Shown here in pieces: positions 22,101 through 35,200 of a DNA stretch of 64,000 bases. This DNA is from a virus (Duplodnaviria; Caudoviricetes). A program made the translations under genes and the position numbers. The notes below the pieces were generated by a model. That model had not been told where the DNA came from. It worked only from the letters and a program-made list of their open reading frames with translations, and searched no databases. Each line of letters opens with the position of its first letter. Position 1 is the stretch's first letter. The stretch lies in the IMG/VR virus record IMGVR_UViG_3300028844_006787; one strand, 5' to 3'.

Positions 22101-23239
22101 TACTCTTGAAATACTCCAACATATTTCCATTCTTTTATCGACCCACTATCTAATTCAGTTGGTGTATTCGCAATTGCAAATTTAAAACTCGGAAATAAAT
22201 TATTTACACCTGATGTTATTCTATTATATGCTATAACAGGCATTAAACTCGGAGTCGATACCATGCTAGGTTCTTTTTGCAAAGCATTAAATTTCGCAGA
22301 TGCTACCACCTCGGTATTTGGATCAACCGTAGTTAAATCAGTCGCAGGTATCTCAACCATTTCGGAAAAACCATACTCTTCGTTAAACACCATTACATAA
22401 AAATTATCATTCTGTTTATTGTAAATTTTATATATTTGGTTAGCATTTAAAGTAACAGATATACCTTCAATTTTGGTATATTTTTTTGCAGAAAAGTTTT
22501 CAATATCGGTATCATCGTCTTCCTCTGCAACAACATTATATGATTCCGTTGAGTTCATTTTAATATACGAACCAATTGGTAATGAATTATAGGTTGCGTA
22601 TCTATCTTCTATCCAAGTATCGACATCCGCAGATTCCTCAATACTATTCTTTTTCAATAAAGTGTATTTTGTTGGTGAAATTGGTTTTTGATTTTCAGGA
22701 TCTATTTTTAATTTAATTGCAAATCCTTTTTTTCCGATAAGTTTACCATAGTTTCCGTTTTTTGGTTTGTCGGTTGCACCTGAATAGTCGTATTTATTTC
22801 CATGATTTACCCAAACATAAATTTCGTTTACCAATCCACTTGTTTCATTTCTATCAACATGAAAAATAATTCCATATTTTTGAATATGTTGTTCATCTAT
22901 CACCAAACTAGGATCAATAGTCTGATTGTGTTTGGCCGCACTTTTTAATTTGTATGTAGTTACTTTTTTTGTTGTTTTTTTATTTGGGTTTGCGTAATTG
23001 AAATCACTTTCACTATAATATTCCCAGTACTTATGTCTTGCCCTATTCTTCACACTTTGTGCTTTAGCATAGTAAGATGCACGGCACGACCAATCCCACC
23101 ATACCGTATGGCATTTTGGTTTTTTTCCGGCATACCAATACCTCATATATGTGTTATATGTATTTACCTGTCGTAGGTAAAGGTTACGTCTCCATCCATG
23201 CCAGTTTCCTCCCCCATGATATAAAATCAATATGCTCAT
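19154..23239 (-). CDS. 1361-aa protein collinear with the C-terminal quarter of the 5408-aa protein
   Basis: Shared blocks in order: KYGIIF/KYGVIY, NGKYRF/NGTYKF, DTSAPNSITDLK/DLTPPNSVTNIK, DTDKDGVLD/DTDKDEVAD; GGAGA upstream of ATG. Confidence 0.8.
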   Translation of the reverse strand: MSILILYHGGGNWHGWRRNLYLRQVNTYNTYMRYWYAGKKPKCHTVWWDWSCRASYYAKAQSVKNRARHKYWEYYSESDFNYANPNKKTTKKVTTYKLKSAAKHNQTIDPSLVIDEQHIQKYGIIFHVDRNETSGLVNEIYVWVNHGNKYDYSGATDKPKNGNYGKLIGKKGFAIKLKIDPENQKPISPTKYTLLKKNSIEESADVDTWIEDRYATYNSLPIGSYIKMNSTESYNVVAEEDDDTDIENFSAKKYTKIEGISVTLNANQIYKIYNKQNDNFYVMVFNEEYGFSEMVEIPATDLTTVDPNTEVVASAKFNALQKEPSMVSTPSLMPVIAYNRITSGVNNLFPSFKFAIANTPTELDSGSIKEWKYVGVFQEYNEQSSMWDEHPDAYDIYESELVDQTQTSDSGEYDFLDQDTVITFTTADDRPLINGKYRFGVKAVFVMNSPLENRESDFRYVEFEINVPTPTTPIISVVNNRHTINSDGDIIQVDPKNFDANIDIEYLEESFENGSRELIRVTKYFSGEENHRKPLVWTWNQINNVKFDVIVNITSIANVTRQENFFNLKHNIFSVNSPVEGETYEIIVKAKNTQGVYGNSATSKVKIVDTSAPNSITDLKIDGENWQSKSVHYKSNSNEFVSVLSSELIENLEEYNENDTIYYDTSSLKYTKLSSNTEVNETTIFGYIFSKNADGIVINKNIELQNISEFATESTNPEIGTIVGLASSKFSILTESQLGSTSNVSTRYRVVSVIKNDTANTHIGLQQAEYTPITTANIANSNEYTWSWFSNASKWRCTLSKKINIKASGSHIANHFVLENTNDNDEYEVVGTPTIVRTQRISFQLESNNLYKVSIVAMDNAENESSAVESMIYLVEDTDKDGVLDANEYFSHNKTFTFKESYLKNETIKLEHKELEEYDVIEILSDWAVFSPTNWKSVTISPNPSLTNSTHVYYAFVKSLERNDKFRFSYLGVEYDGDLLSRGSKWQIIGSPTLRVPVGVTDSSLYSKLLNESEYNSERKKSGNATLKLMWKFNGSDWDQTNQTIIENYDNDDLTQEQLKSKFVVTHSVNRNAYSELNNLTLYTEVTNGDTVYYTLINDLALGTHKFKIFTKNVSNDLLSVEHIVDAEYTIDQDSDGDGILDSDDAFPDDAETIFTNEDLADQSKWYEDNIKFPERGDLIKIQSGYNFPSINDHSYWVSASSHNPVYVTLTETTDAIAIFRYETQYDGIKNLVVDYSDRGRKWFLLSRVEQADTLNESLSDPETKSKYDEAFEEKVVDEDYVPIIGDIIKFNQTISLKSLGNDEKQFESGTYANIVLLTLTGDKKYLAIKSGLFTSESESSYYIELNENGEQLFSYQTLRT

Positions 23240-23256
23240 TTTAATTCATTCTCCAT

Positions 23257-26200
23257 TTATAAATAATACCTTCCCCACGAACGATAATACCCATAAGAAT
23301 AACGCCATCTTCCACGGGAATAAACATAATGATATCTACGCCTCCAAGTCCATGCTCTATTATAATACCAATAACCCCAACGATATCTCCACCATCTATG
23401 GTGAAAATACCAATTATTATATGTATTGGTATTATTTCTTCTACGATTATTTGTTGTGGTTGTTATTGTTTTAGTATTTGTTTCTATATACTTTCTATAA
23501 CCCACAGAATACTCTTCGTAATTTATGTAATTCTGAGTATATGTACCTGATTTGTTTGTTCCTATTGGAGTTTGTGGTATCTTAAACTCAATAATATCTC
23601 CAGGTAAATATGTTACATTTGAATCCTCACTTACCGATGAAAAATAACTTTCTATTTGTTGCTCAGTATAATCATAATCCGCAAATTTATTTAAATACGA
23701 TGCTATTGCATCTTCATCGTGTTCAAATGAATCAAGTGGTAATTCAATCGTAGGTGCTTTTGCATCAGCAATTGGTCTTTGTGATTGTGCAACGGTAATA
23801 TCCTCATATTCACCGACATTAAATTTGGTTGGTAAATCTTTAAAATATCCTTTATTTGGAACTACTTCGTAATTTATTTCTTGCTCAAATTTTGTGTCAA
23901 ATTGACTAGTTGCTACTACTTTTAATGTATATGTTCCAATTAAGTCATGGTTATCTAATTTTAATTCACCGGTTTGAGTGCTTGAATCTATTGTAACGAT
24001 ATGTTCAGTAGGATTTGCACGAGTCGCATCGGTTAAAGTAATCGTGATATTCGAAATAGGATTTATTACATTATCGTTTTTACTATCCTCAAGTTCTATT
24101 GGCAAAAACACAGAATCATTTTTCACCGTAAATACCAAATCTAAATTTTCTTCGTTTGTAATATATTGTTTAATTCCACTTATATCAACTCTTGGTTTAA
24201 ACTCGGAAAACATTATAGGTTCTGATGATTGGGTTTCTCCGTATACATATTCACTGGCATCAAGAGTATATGGTGTTATCAAACAAATATGCATAAATCC
24301 TAGAAAGTGATTTCTTTGAACCAAAGATTTTAACTTTTCATCTGATTCATTGTATATACTATTTAAAATTCCCCAATCACCAACTTTTCTGTTTATATCT
24401 GGACGAGCTGCTTCGGAGGAAGTTACATATTCATCAAGAAAATCCTGCGATAATTCACGTTGATTATCAGATTTGTGCATTATTTCATCTTTATAACTTA
24501 TTTCACGAAGATGTTCATCATCTTCTTCACCAACTTCTTCAACATAATATGATGTGTATTTATATAACAATCCTGGATCACCAGTTGTTTGTTCAACAGG
24601 ATTATTAGTTTGCTCGGTTGCATACCAATCATCGTTTGGATCATTTGGAGTGTCGGTCAACCAAGTTTGAAAAAGTCTAAAAGTTTTTACTTCAGTTTTA
24701 TATCCGTCTGCACCTTGTACAGGATCCCATGTCCAATAAAATGCATCGTTATCCTCATCTACAAAATTTCCTTTATCAGGTATAGGATTTATACAAATAA
24801 ATTCAGGTCTTTCATTCCATACTACTTTTTCAAGTTCTCCATTTGCATTTTGTACCATTGTAGATGACCACATTTCATCTTCTTCTGCATCGTGAAAGAA
24901 ATTATTTTGCGAAGGAATAAACATAGTCGGAGTATTTTTTACTCTTATGTTTCTGACATTTGCTAAATCATCATGAGTTGCATCCCATGAAACGTTATCC
25001 TCGGTTATAGTTTCATCGTAGTATTTTAAGTTTACAATCACATTGTAAGTTATACCACTTGGTACTCCTGATGTAGTAAGTGCATATTCAAGTGTATTAT
25101 CATTTGCCTTATTATCATAAGATATAATCTCTTGGTGTTCCTCGGTTTCACCATTCATTATTTTTACTACAATAGATGTTGTTTTTCTTGCAGTTACATC
25201 TGGTATTGACCATGATAAAATTCCAAGATTATTTAAATTCAGTGTTGGGTTTGTAAAAGTTGGAGCAAATGATTTACCATCTATTAGTCGTGTAGTTCCA
25301 CCAAACTTATCATATGCAGTAATATGAAGTTCAAATGTATAAAAATCGTCGAATGATACTCCATTTAGAGAATATTCAAATTCATCATAAAATTCGTAAG
25401 CATTATTAGGTGAAGATGCAGTTAATGCTTCTACTCCACCATCGGTTGCATTTACAGATCTTGTTATTGTTGTCCCAACCTTGGTTCGTTGAGCAAGTGG
25501 TCCAAGTAAAAGATCACGTGTTTTTAAACGATACAACTCTAACTCGTATTTATCAAATACCAATTCATGTGAAGTATCTTTAACATCAAGATAATATGCC
25601 CACTTCATAGTATCACCAGTTTTGTGTTCTATACCAGAACCACCCTCTTCATACATGAACATATCTAGTTTATTTTCAAATAATGTGAAATTAAATTCTG
25701 CACTATTTAAAGGCATATCATATAAATACGTTGTGAGTGTACCCTTTATATTTGTAGTATTTGTAATAGAATATACATCCGCAGGAATAACATACTGAAA
25801 TAATTGATCAGATTTGCGTGAAATTTTTAGATTAGTTTTATTTTTAACATCGTCTTTATATTTTGATGTCTTGCGTGTATCATTTAAATCATCTGTAAGA
25901 GTTGAATTATTGAAAGTTACTTTGTATATCAATGGTTCGTAACTCGAATCTGTCGTTGGAGATATATCATTCCAATTAATTGTAATTGGTTCACCTATTT
26001 TTACATTTTCTGTACTATCCAAGTATCCACCGGAAATAGATGGTGATAAATCTCCATTTGTATTTACACTAAATTTGTTTAAAACATATAATCTATGATT
26101 ACTTTCATTCCACTCGGTAACATTTGATAACGAATCATCAATCGGTGAATGCATTTTAATTCTGACATTATATTTGTCTGGTAAAAGACCACCGATTGCT

Positions 26201-29200
26201 GATAAATCAATTTCAAATTTTTTCTTTACTAGTTTATATTGCATTACACCACTCGGAGTATTTTCATTTACTAAATTAGTAGCAACAGATACAAGTGAAC
26301 TATGTCCATTGTGTCCATTTGCAAATACATTAAAAGTGTGCCCATTGACAACAAATTCTCCTGTTTTAAAACCAGATATATAATCAGTTTCAAATATTGG
26401 TGTACTTAAGTTTTCACCTTGTGTGTCTGTTTTAAAGATTTCTATTTTTGCAAGAGTTTCATTATCACCTTCGGTTAAATCAGCATAATCAAAATCTATA
26501 CCGAATTTTCCTGAGGAGAACCGACTATCTATTTTTCTGTATGAAGCAATTTCTATTGTAAATTTTTCTAGTTTTTTATTATTCTGATTATCATCTTTGA
26601 GTGGTAAAAAATACCAACTAGAGTTTTCCCACGAGGTTCCTGCCGTATTACTAATAGTTCCATCAAATGGATCATCTCTAGGTTCATCAAGATAATCATA
26701 ATCACTTACTTCTTCATGTATCTCAATATTTTGGTCTTGATCATTCGTTGCACTTGTTATTTTCCAACCTCTTAATATTGGATTATTAATTGTATAACCA
26801 ATATCTTTAAATGTTTTTGTAGTAAAACTATCACTTAGTATATATCTTCTCTTGGTAGTTTCGGGCATAATGCGTTCAGGATCTAAGTAAAAATTAGTTT
26901 CTGTATCTCCTACAACGAATATTCTAATATGATATGTGTTTTTTTCTATTGCAAATGGAAACTTATATGATGTTTCAGATATTTCATCTGAAGTATAAAT
27001 TAATTCGTCCACATCAGTATCTAAACTTTCACTATTAGGATCATTTGCTTTCCATAATTGTAATATATACCCAATGTTACTCCATGTTAATTGATACTCG
27101 TCATTTGCGGTTGCCACCGCATTGTTATATGCATCATCTAACACATCGTTCCAAGAAAATATTGGATTTTCTTGATCATCTATTTCAATTGAAGTTATAT
27201 TGACCTGCGGAGAAACGGCATCTGTGTCTAATTTGTAAAAGCATTTAGCATCACTTGCTTCTGATGTGTTTGTTGAATCATCTTTTGCAGTTATACGAAA
27301 ATGATTCTCGGCATTACTTGAAAAATCACGATATGTCGATTTATCAAAACCATTAATATTTGTTGAAGAAATCCAATGATTACCTATATAAGTAACATCT
27401 GTTGGAAACTCATGCCAAGTAGTTCCGTTTCCACTTTCTCGCATTTCCACTAAATATGCAGGATTTTCTTCGTGTACAACTTTTTCTAAATTTTTACTTG
27501 AAAGTCGTTTATATGCAGTATCCCACTCAAGTGAAAGATAATTCTGAGTTTTATATGCAATTGCATAGTTTTTGGAAGGATAGTTTTTACTTTGATAAAT
27601 TTCGTCTATTTTGTGTGGTGGTAACTCATCAGGAGATGCAAAACCTGGACGAACTAAATTCCATGTATATTCTCCACGTGATTCACGATTTAACAAATAA
27701 GTTCCTGCAACTGAATTATTATCAATTACCTCGATTGCAATGTATCTATCGGATATATCTTTTTTTATTGATTTGTTGTTTTTCTCATCAATGGAATAAC
27801 CTACAAGTGGAACTAAATCAAATGTATTTACAACTTTATATATTTGAAGTTTTGGCAATACAACAGATACACGAAAATCGTTGATATTAAATACTTCAAC
27901 ACTTGAAAAGGTTTTAATAAAATCACCAACAATGATTTCTGTTTCACCTGCAATTGGCCAATTTTTTATTTCCTCGAAAGTTCTTCCGAGTTCATCATCA
28001 TAAAACCAAGAAGTAGATGGACCTTTTGGTCCTGAATTTCTAATACTTACATTTTGTTGAGTATTAAAATTTAAATTTCCTTTTATTTTAAATACATTAG
28101 TTCCAAGATAATGATTGTCTTCACCTCCTGTACTTTTTTCTATAAGTGAGGTTTTTCTTAAACTATATTCACCCTCAAAGTCATAAGCATTTATATCACT
28201 AAATGTTATACCGTATGCTTGTTTATATTTATTTGATATATTTTTAAATATTTTGTCTTGAACTGATTCTTCTAGTGCAGATAATGGTGATACTTGTGGA
28301 ATCCATTCATTATCTCCTGCGTTCTCATACACGATGATTCTTCCAGTTGTTCTTGCATCAGGAATTTCTGAATTGATTCCGTGGGGTGCAGAAACTACAA
28401 TTGAGTTTCCATCATAGGAAAGTTTTATTTCACTTCCATATCCATTATCAGCAATCTCTGCATCTAGTCTTACAAGTTCATGTGTAAACTTATGATTTAT
28501 ATTATCCGATTCAACTAATTTATATTTACTTCTTTTATATGCACTTGAAAAATCTTGGGCATTTACATCTATTGAACGTTCTTTAGTTTTTGTTTCGTCC
28601 CATTTATTCTCTACTTCATTTAATGTAAATATTGTAAAACTTGCATCATCCTCTGTGACTTTTGATAATGCAAGAGTTTTTCCGTCACCTGATAAACTAA
28701 CATCTCCACGTTCATTTACAAATCTATTGTTAATGAATCCTTGACCAAGTTGTACCCAATTGTCGTGATCTAATGTATCTACTTTAAATACTTTTACGAG
28801 CATTATATTTGTATTATCTCGTTTGAGTCCAGGTCTTAATTTAACTGCCATCGTAGATCCATCGTCACTTAAAACGATTTTTTCCGCAGAAAATTCAGCA
28901 GCCGAATTTACCCAAGGACTTCTTCCTGCTGTTTCGGCACTTATATAATCTACATTTTGTGAATCAACTGAGTCTGATTCAACGGATAAATTGTAACTTT
29001 CAAAATCTGGTCTTTTAAAAGAACCTCCTTTTGATGCAGATTCCATATAATCAGATGGATTATATTCGTCTGTAAGATGTCCTCCCCAATTTATATATTT
29101 GTATTCCGTATCAACTGAGTTGGTTGATGTATCTACACCAATTGTTGCAATTATAGGTGTATGTGAAAGTATTTTTTTCTTTGGAGTAATATAGGAATCC

Positions 29201-32200
29201 AATAACACCGCATATACTTTTTCTGAATTACCGTATGCTCCGTATATGTTTGTTTGAGATACTCCGTTTTTATCATAAGCAGTCACACGAATCTGACGAT
29301 TATATCTTATGTCATTTGGATGAAACAATGCGTTCGTGTCTACATCGTCTTCTATTTTTTGTCCTTCTACACGAAAATATATATTTTGATTATAATCGTT
29401 ATATTTTAAACTAAACTCCACATTTGCATTGTATATATTTGCATAAACAGTACTACCATCATCCATTAATTTGTTATATTCACGTTTAGGTTCGTTTAAT
29501 TTTGGTAGAGTGGTTTTAGAATGCCATGTATTTGGATTCTTGGTTAGTTCAGTCTCAGCACTATCACACCAAACAATATCCCAATCAGAATAACAAGTCT
29601 TTTTATACGATACTTCGTAGTACACATATTGATTGTGAGGCCATTGAAATTGTACGTCTGCGATAGGTCTTGTTAAATTTGCCCCACTTGTTAATGAGTA
29701 AGAAGAAGGTGAGTCGTAATGTTTTGTAAGTATAGTATCATTACTTTCACTATAATTTGCAAGTTTTATATCAAATTCAACAAAATCTTCATCAACTTTA
29801 TTTTCCACGTCAGGTGTACTAAGCAATCCAATTGCAACTTTATTGCCACTTCTACTCATTGCAATATTGTTTCCTGCAAATTGCACATTTTTGTCAAATT
29901 CAGGAACATTTATTTCTTGGAACTTATTTGAATACGAAAATAGTTTCCATTCACCACTTGGTTTTTCAAACTTTGAAAACTTTACTGCTATACCAGAATT
30001 TATATTTTCCTTGCCACTATTTGCAGTATCTCTTTCATTACCATCACCACACGGAGGTAGACTTGTAACGATTGTATCACGTTCATATGCATCTAATCTA
30101 AAAGTGCGAGCATAATCTTTTAATATTTTTAAATCATTATTAGAGTTAAATGGTTCGGACTCAGTTTTTAGAATACGTGCATTAGAATTCCACCCTAAAC
30201 CTATATCATTTATTTTAATTGAGTATTTTTGAACACTTGGTAATTTTCCGTTTACACTTGAATCACCAAATGCAATTAAAGAACCATCTTCATTTGAACA
30301 CATAGTAGTATATCCAAGCAATTCAAAATATTTTCCGGTTGGTTTATCGTGATTAAATTGCTTTTGAGTACTACTTTTTTCAAACACTTTAGTAACATTC
30401 TTTTGTGAATCTTCCGTGAAAATATACATTGAATAGCCATCTTCTGCTCTTGGTTTCCAATCTAAATTATCAACTACTAAATTGTAATCGTGTCCATTTT
30501 CATATGAATATCTACTAACTCTGTGTGTAACACCTGCAGGAAACCATTTTTTCACTATCTGTTTTAGCTTTCTACCTTTATAAGTGGTTTTATATCGAAT
30601 TTCGTTCGTATAGTTTCTATCTTGAAATTTAGATGAACTTACAATTACTTTTTGTGAATCTTGAGTGTGAAATAAATTACAATCTGATGGTAGTGGTATT
30701 GGTTGATATGAAGTCCAACCAGAACCACTTTGATTAAATCTAGCAGATAATAAATAATCGTCTCCTGTGTATACATCAGTTCCTTTTATAGAAACTGCCA
30801 TACCTATTTTAACGTTATCTGAATCCAACTCTGATATATCATTTGTTATTTCACTTGGTGGAAGAATAACAGAATTTGAACGCATTACATTACCACGCAT
30901 TCCTGCTGGTCCTAGTGTAGAAATGTATTGAGTAATACTACGGTCTGCTCCTGCATCATCTAATTGAGCATCTGTATACCATATTCCAAATTGTAATTGC
31001 TTTCCTTCTCCAGGAATACCCTCTGTGCTAATTGGAATAACGGATATAACATTAATTTCACCACCTGTCTTCAATCCATCTGTATCTAATGATAAAGTAA
31101 ATGATGCAGAAGATTCCTCATATGAGTTGTCGTCTCTATCAACCTCTAAAATATTAGAACCCCATTTAACTTCATAGTATGCTATTTCTTCTCTATCAGC
31201 AGATTCATCGGTTTCCACAAATTTTATATTTGCGGGTTCATTATATCGTATGATATTTTTTCCAGATACCTCAGTATTTAACAATTCAATACTCTTTGGT
31301 GGTTTTGGAGTTTCAAAATTTACACTAATTGTATGTGTAAACTCTTGTGATTTCTGTCCCGATGCCAATACCGCAGTTACTCCAAGTGTATAATCACCTT
31401 CACTGTCAAATGTTTCCGAGAATATATTTCTAATACCTTTTTCAAAATAATCCAACTCTTTGGTTATTGTAAGTTCACTTTTAAATTTACTTGATGTGTC
31501 TATTCCTGTGATTTCATTTTTTACAGGTTCATCATTTAAGGTTAATTCATAATACCTTATCTTTGGTGAAAGATTATTGTAATTTTCTTCGTCCTTAAAG
31601 TGCCATTCCCATTCAACCAAGGGTAAATTTGTTTTATTTGGAAGTGTATCTCTTACTAAACCACTTGCAAACTCAACCTGTACATCGGTGTTAACAAGTG
31701 ATTTCCAATTAATTTTAAAATCTTCTGATAATGATTCTTGATTTGATTCATCCAGTGCGACTACATTAATCTCCATGGCCTCATCACCACTAATTGTTAT
31801 ACTATTTTCTTTTATATAATCAGATATATCAAAATAATTATTTTCTAAGATAAATGATTCAGCATTTCCGACTTTAACTTTATATTTGTAAGAGAGTCCT
31901 AGTTTTTCTAATCCGTTTACTTGAATTCCACCAAAAAGGTTTGGAAGATTGCTTCCGAAATTTTCCCACTCTAAATATAAATTAGTTTCTTCGGTGTTTA
32001 CTTCAGCAGTATTTGTATCTCGGTCAAACGGATATACATGATTTTTATCTGAATATGTTGCTAGTTTGGTAAATGTTATTTTTTTAAATACAAATCCAAG
32101 TTCGAATTCATATCCATCACTTGGTAATATTGCTGAATTTGAAGAAACCGTTCTTAATGATATTGTTCTTTTTTCAAATGAAATAGGATTTGGATACTGA

Positions 32201-35200
32201 ATTATGCCTTTATTACTTATTTTTACTTTTGCAAAATCTCCTCCATTTACAGACAACTCAAATGAAGTAGTTTGATTTGTAGAAATTCTATTAACAGAAT
32301 CACCAAATATACCATATGGATATGATGGGTTTATATTAGCACTATCATATTCATCTAACCCCCAACCAGAATTATCACCACTCGTTTTAAGTAATGCAGG
32401 AAGATTTCCAAGCTTTAGTGATAATTTACCAGGTGCTTCGTCTAATATATCGTAACTTTCAATAGTAGGTGTTTTTAATTTTCTTAAATCATAAATTAAT
32501 GGTGAACTTACTTCCCATTGTGAATCTTTGGTTTCACCCTCAAGTCTTACCCTTATTCTAAAGTAATGCAATCTTTGATTATTTTCATTATCTGCATTGC
32601 TTCTGAGTTCCTTAATTAGATCCGTAATTGGTTGCGTGTCGAAACTTGTTTCAAGATAACCTATAAAATTAGAATTGGAAGTATCATTAGGATGTTCTCT
32701 TTGTAATTGTTCATACAAATCATCTAAATTTACTATATGTTTTGTTACAGGTATATATTTATTAGATTGATCTGTTGCATTTGTATTTCTCATGTATCCT
32801 GCGGTAATAGTTTTCCAACTTCCATTGTCTGATACTGATTCAATTTCATTTCCATTTAATACATCTATTGAAGTATTTGCATCTAAACTCGATTCCCAAC
32901 GTTTCACGTCAAATACAAAGTTAACTTGACCCATCTCACTTGAAATTGGGTTTGGCCAAGGAAGATGCACAGATGCTTCGGTTTTTTCATTTATATCATT
33001 GTTTCTGAAACTAAATGTAGGTGAAAACCCAACCTCTGATCCAGAATCAAAATTCGACACAAAATTTGTTAATGATACATCAAAGTTTGTTTCTGCTATA
33101 TCCGTGTAAAGTCCTGATTCCACACGTGTATTATACTCTGAGTTTGATTCGAATGGTAATTGATCATCACGCAAAGTGTCAACTGCACCTAACTTAATTT
33201 TATAGTATCCTGCTTTAAAATATTGTTTTAAGTCTAATACAGTTCCGAACTTTTTAAGTGTACTTGTAGACTCGTTTCTTAAAACATTATAATTAAAAAA
33301 GGTTAATTCACGTGTAGGACTTGTGGGATACTCCTCTGCCTCGGTTTGCTTCCAATAAAAATCTAGTTTCCATTTATATATAGGAATATTAAGTTTATCT
33401 GTTTCGGATTGGTTATATTCCCAAGTTATATCAATAGTGTCATTTCCCAAAATAACATAACTTGATTCAGTTGTAAAAGATACATTGGCATAGCCTTTTG
33501 ATGTATCCCTAAATCTATGTGGTGGTGAAAAATATAATTTTGGATGTGATACACACCACTCTGAACGCAATCCATTTTTTAAAACTCTGCGTACATAAAC
33601 ACCAATTACATTAGATTCTCCATCCAACGATGCTAATTTGTAAAACTTTGCTAATGATTCGTTGTGACCATATTGAATCGACATTTGTTGTCCAACGGAA
33701 CGTGGTTCTACTGAAAATATTTTTGCAGGTTTTCTACTTCCACTATTATTTACGTCAGAATCAATACTAAGATCACTTGGAATTTCAGGAGGAGTTACAT
33801 TTTCTGATTCAGTTGATGTTTTATCACAAATCCAAACCATTCTTTGCTCACCAAAATTAAATGTAGAAAACTTGTATTCATATTTATGAAAAACGTCTTG
33901 CTCTTCGTTAGCAACACTTGGATTTACAATTTCAAAAGTAGGTAAATATGGATCATAGTTGTGATCTGTAGATAAAATTATATCACTAGGTTTTGCAGGA
34001 GGTCCAAAAACTAAAGAATAAATTTCTGCACCGGTATCTGTAAAATCATCTTGAATTTCTGCTAATGCATTTTCAATTTCACTCTCTGTATCAGAATCCA
34101 ATGCCCACCAACCTTCAGTCGCATTTGAGGGGTTATCTAAGTCCGTTCTTACAAAAGTTTTGATTAGATAATCTTCAAGTATTTTTTGTATTGATGCAAC
34201 TTTTCCGGCAACCTTTACAAAATCTTTAGATATTTTGTTTGATGCAGATACTTCTCCTGTTCTTGATCCAGTCGCAATATTTGTTAATGTGTTTATATTA
34301 TTGAATATTGGAGTAGCAATTTGTCGTACAATCGTTGCCAACTTAGAAAAGTCAATTTTACTTTTATCTTTATCACCTTCATGATACCAGTACCACACAT
34401 TACTTTTGTCCAAGGTTTTATGATATTTTCGTGTAATATCTCTTGATCTACAACCATTAAATGGATCACCACAAAGTTTATCTGTTGCTAATAAAATGTG
34501 TTCAATAACGTTTTCATCAAGAAGATAATCGTCACCTGTTTTATCGTGAGAAAAGTCTGTTCCAACTGATTGGTAGGAATTGGGCATCTCAGCATAATTT
34601 AAAATAGTTCCTGCAATGCCAAAATATACTTGTAAATCGTCACGAACTGAATAATCATATTCGTCTGTTTTAAGAATACCATTTAAAATATATTTTATTA
34701 TTTCTTTATATGAATTTAATTTTATATTAAATTTCAATAATTCAACATCCTGGTTTGCAATATAATCTACTGATTTAAGTTGCCCATCATTGAGTCCAAA
34801 CTTATGTTTTAATAATTTATTTGCGACTAAATTAGAATTATTATGCCATCGTAGTAGAGCATCGGTTTCTGAACTAAGTGTACCTTCGTCATCATCTAGT
34901 TGTTCCGAAAAAGGATAATAAATATATTCATCCATTAATCTCGATTTTAAAGTTGATAGTGGTGTTACAAATATCTCAGTATCTTTTTCGTCAGATGAAA
35001 GTGGTTTATCTAGGATAATTTCAAACTTATCTGTTTCATCAAGAATTATATTAGATAATTTATCTCTAGTTTCTTTTTTAATATCATTAAGTTCTACACC
35101 CCCACCACTTAATTCAATTTTTAAGACTCTAGGTATATCAGTTTTTAATAATCTAATTGCAAAACTTCCGTCTTCTCCGGTAGATGTTTGTTCACCATAT

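Noticed and set aside
23000-23460. Diversity-generating retroelement variable region
   Set aside because: No reverse transcriptase and no adenine-differing template repeat seen in this window; it cannot be excluded elsewhere in the genome
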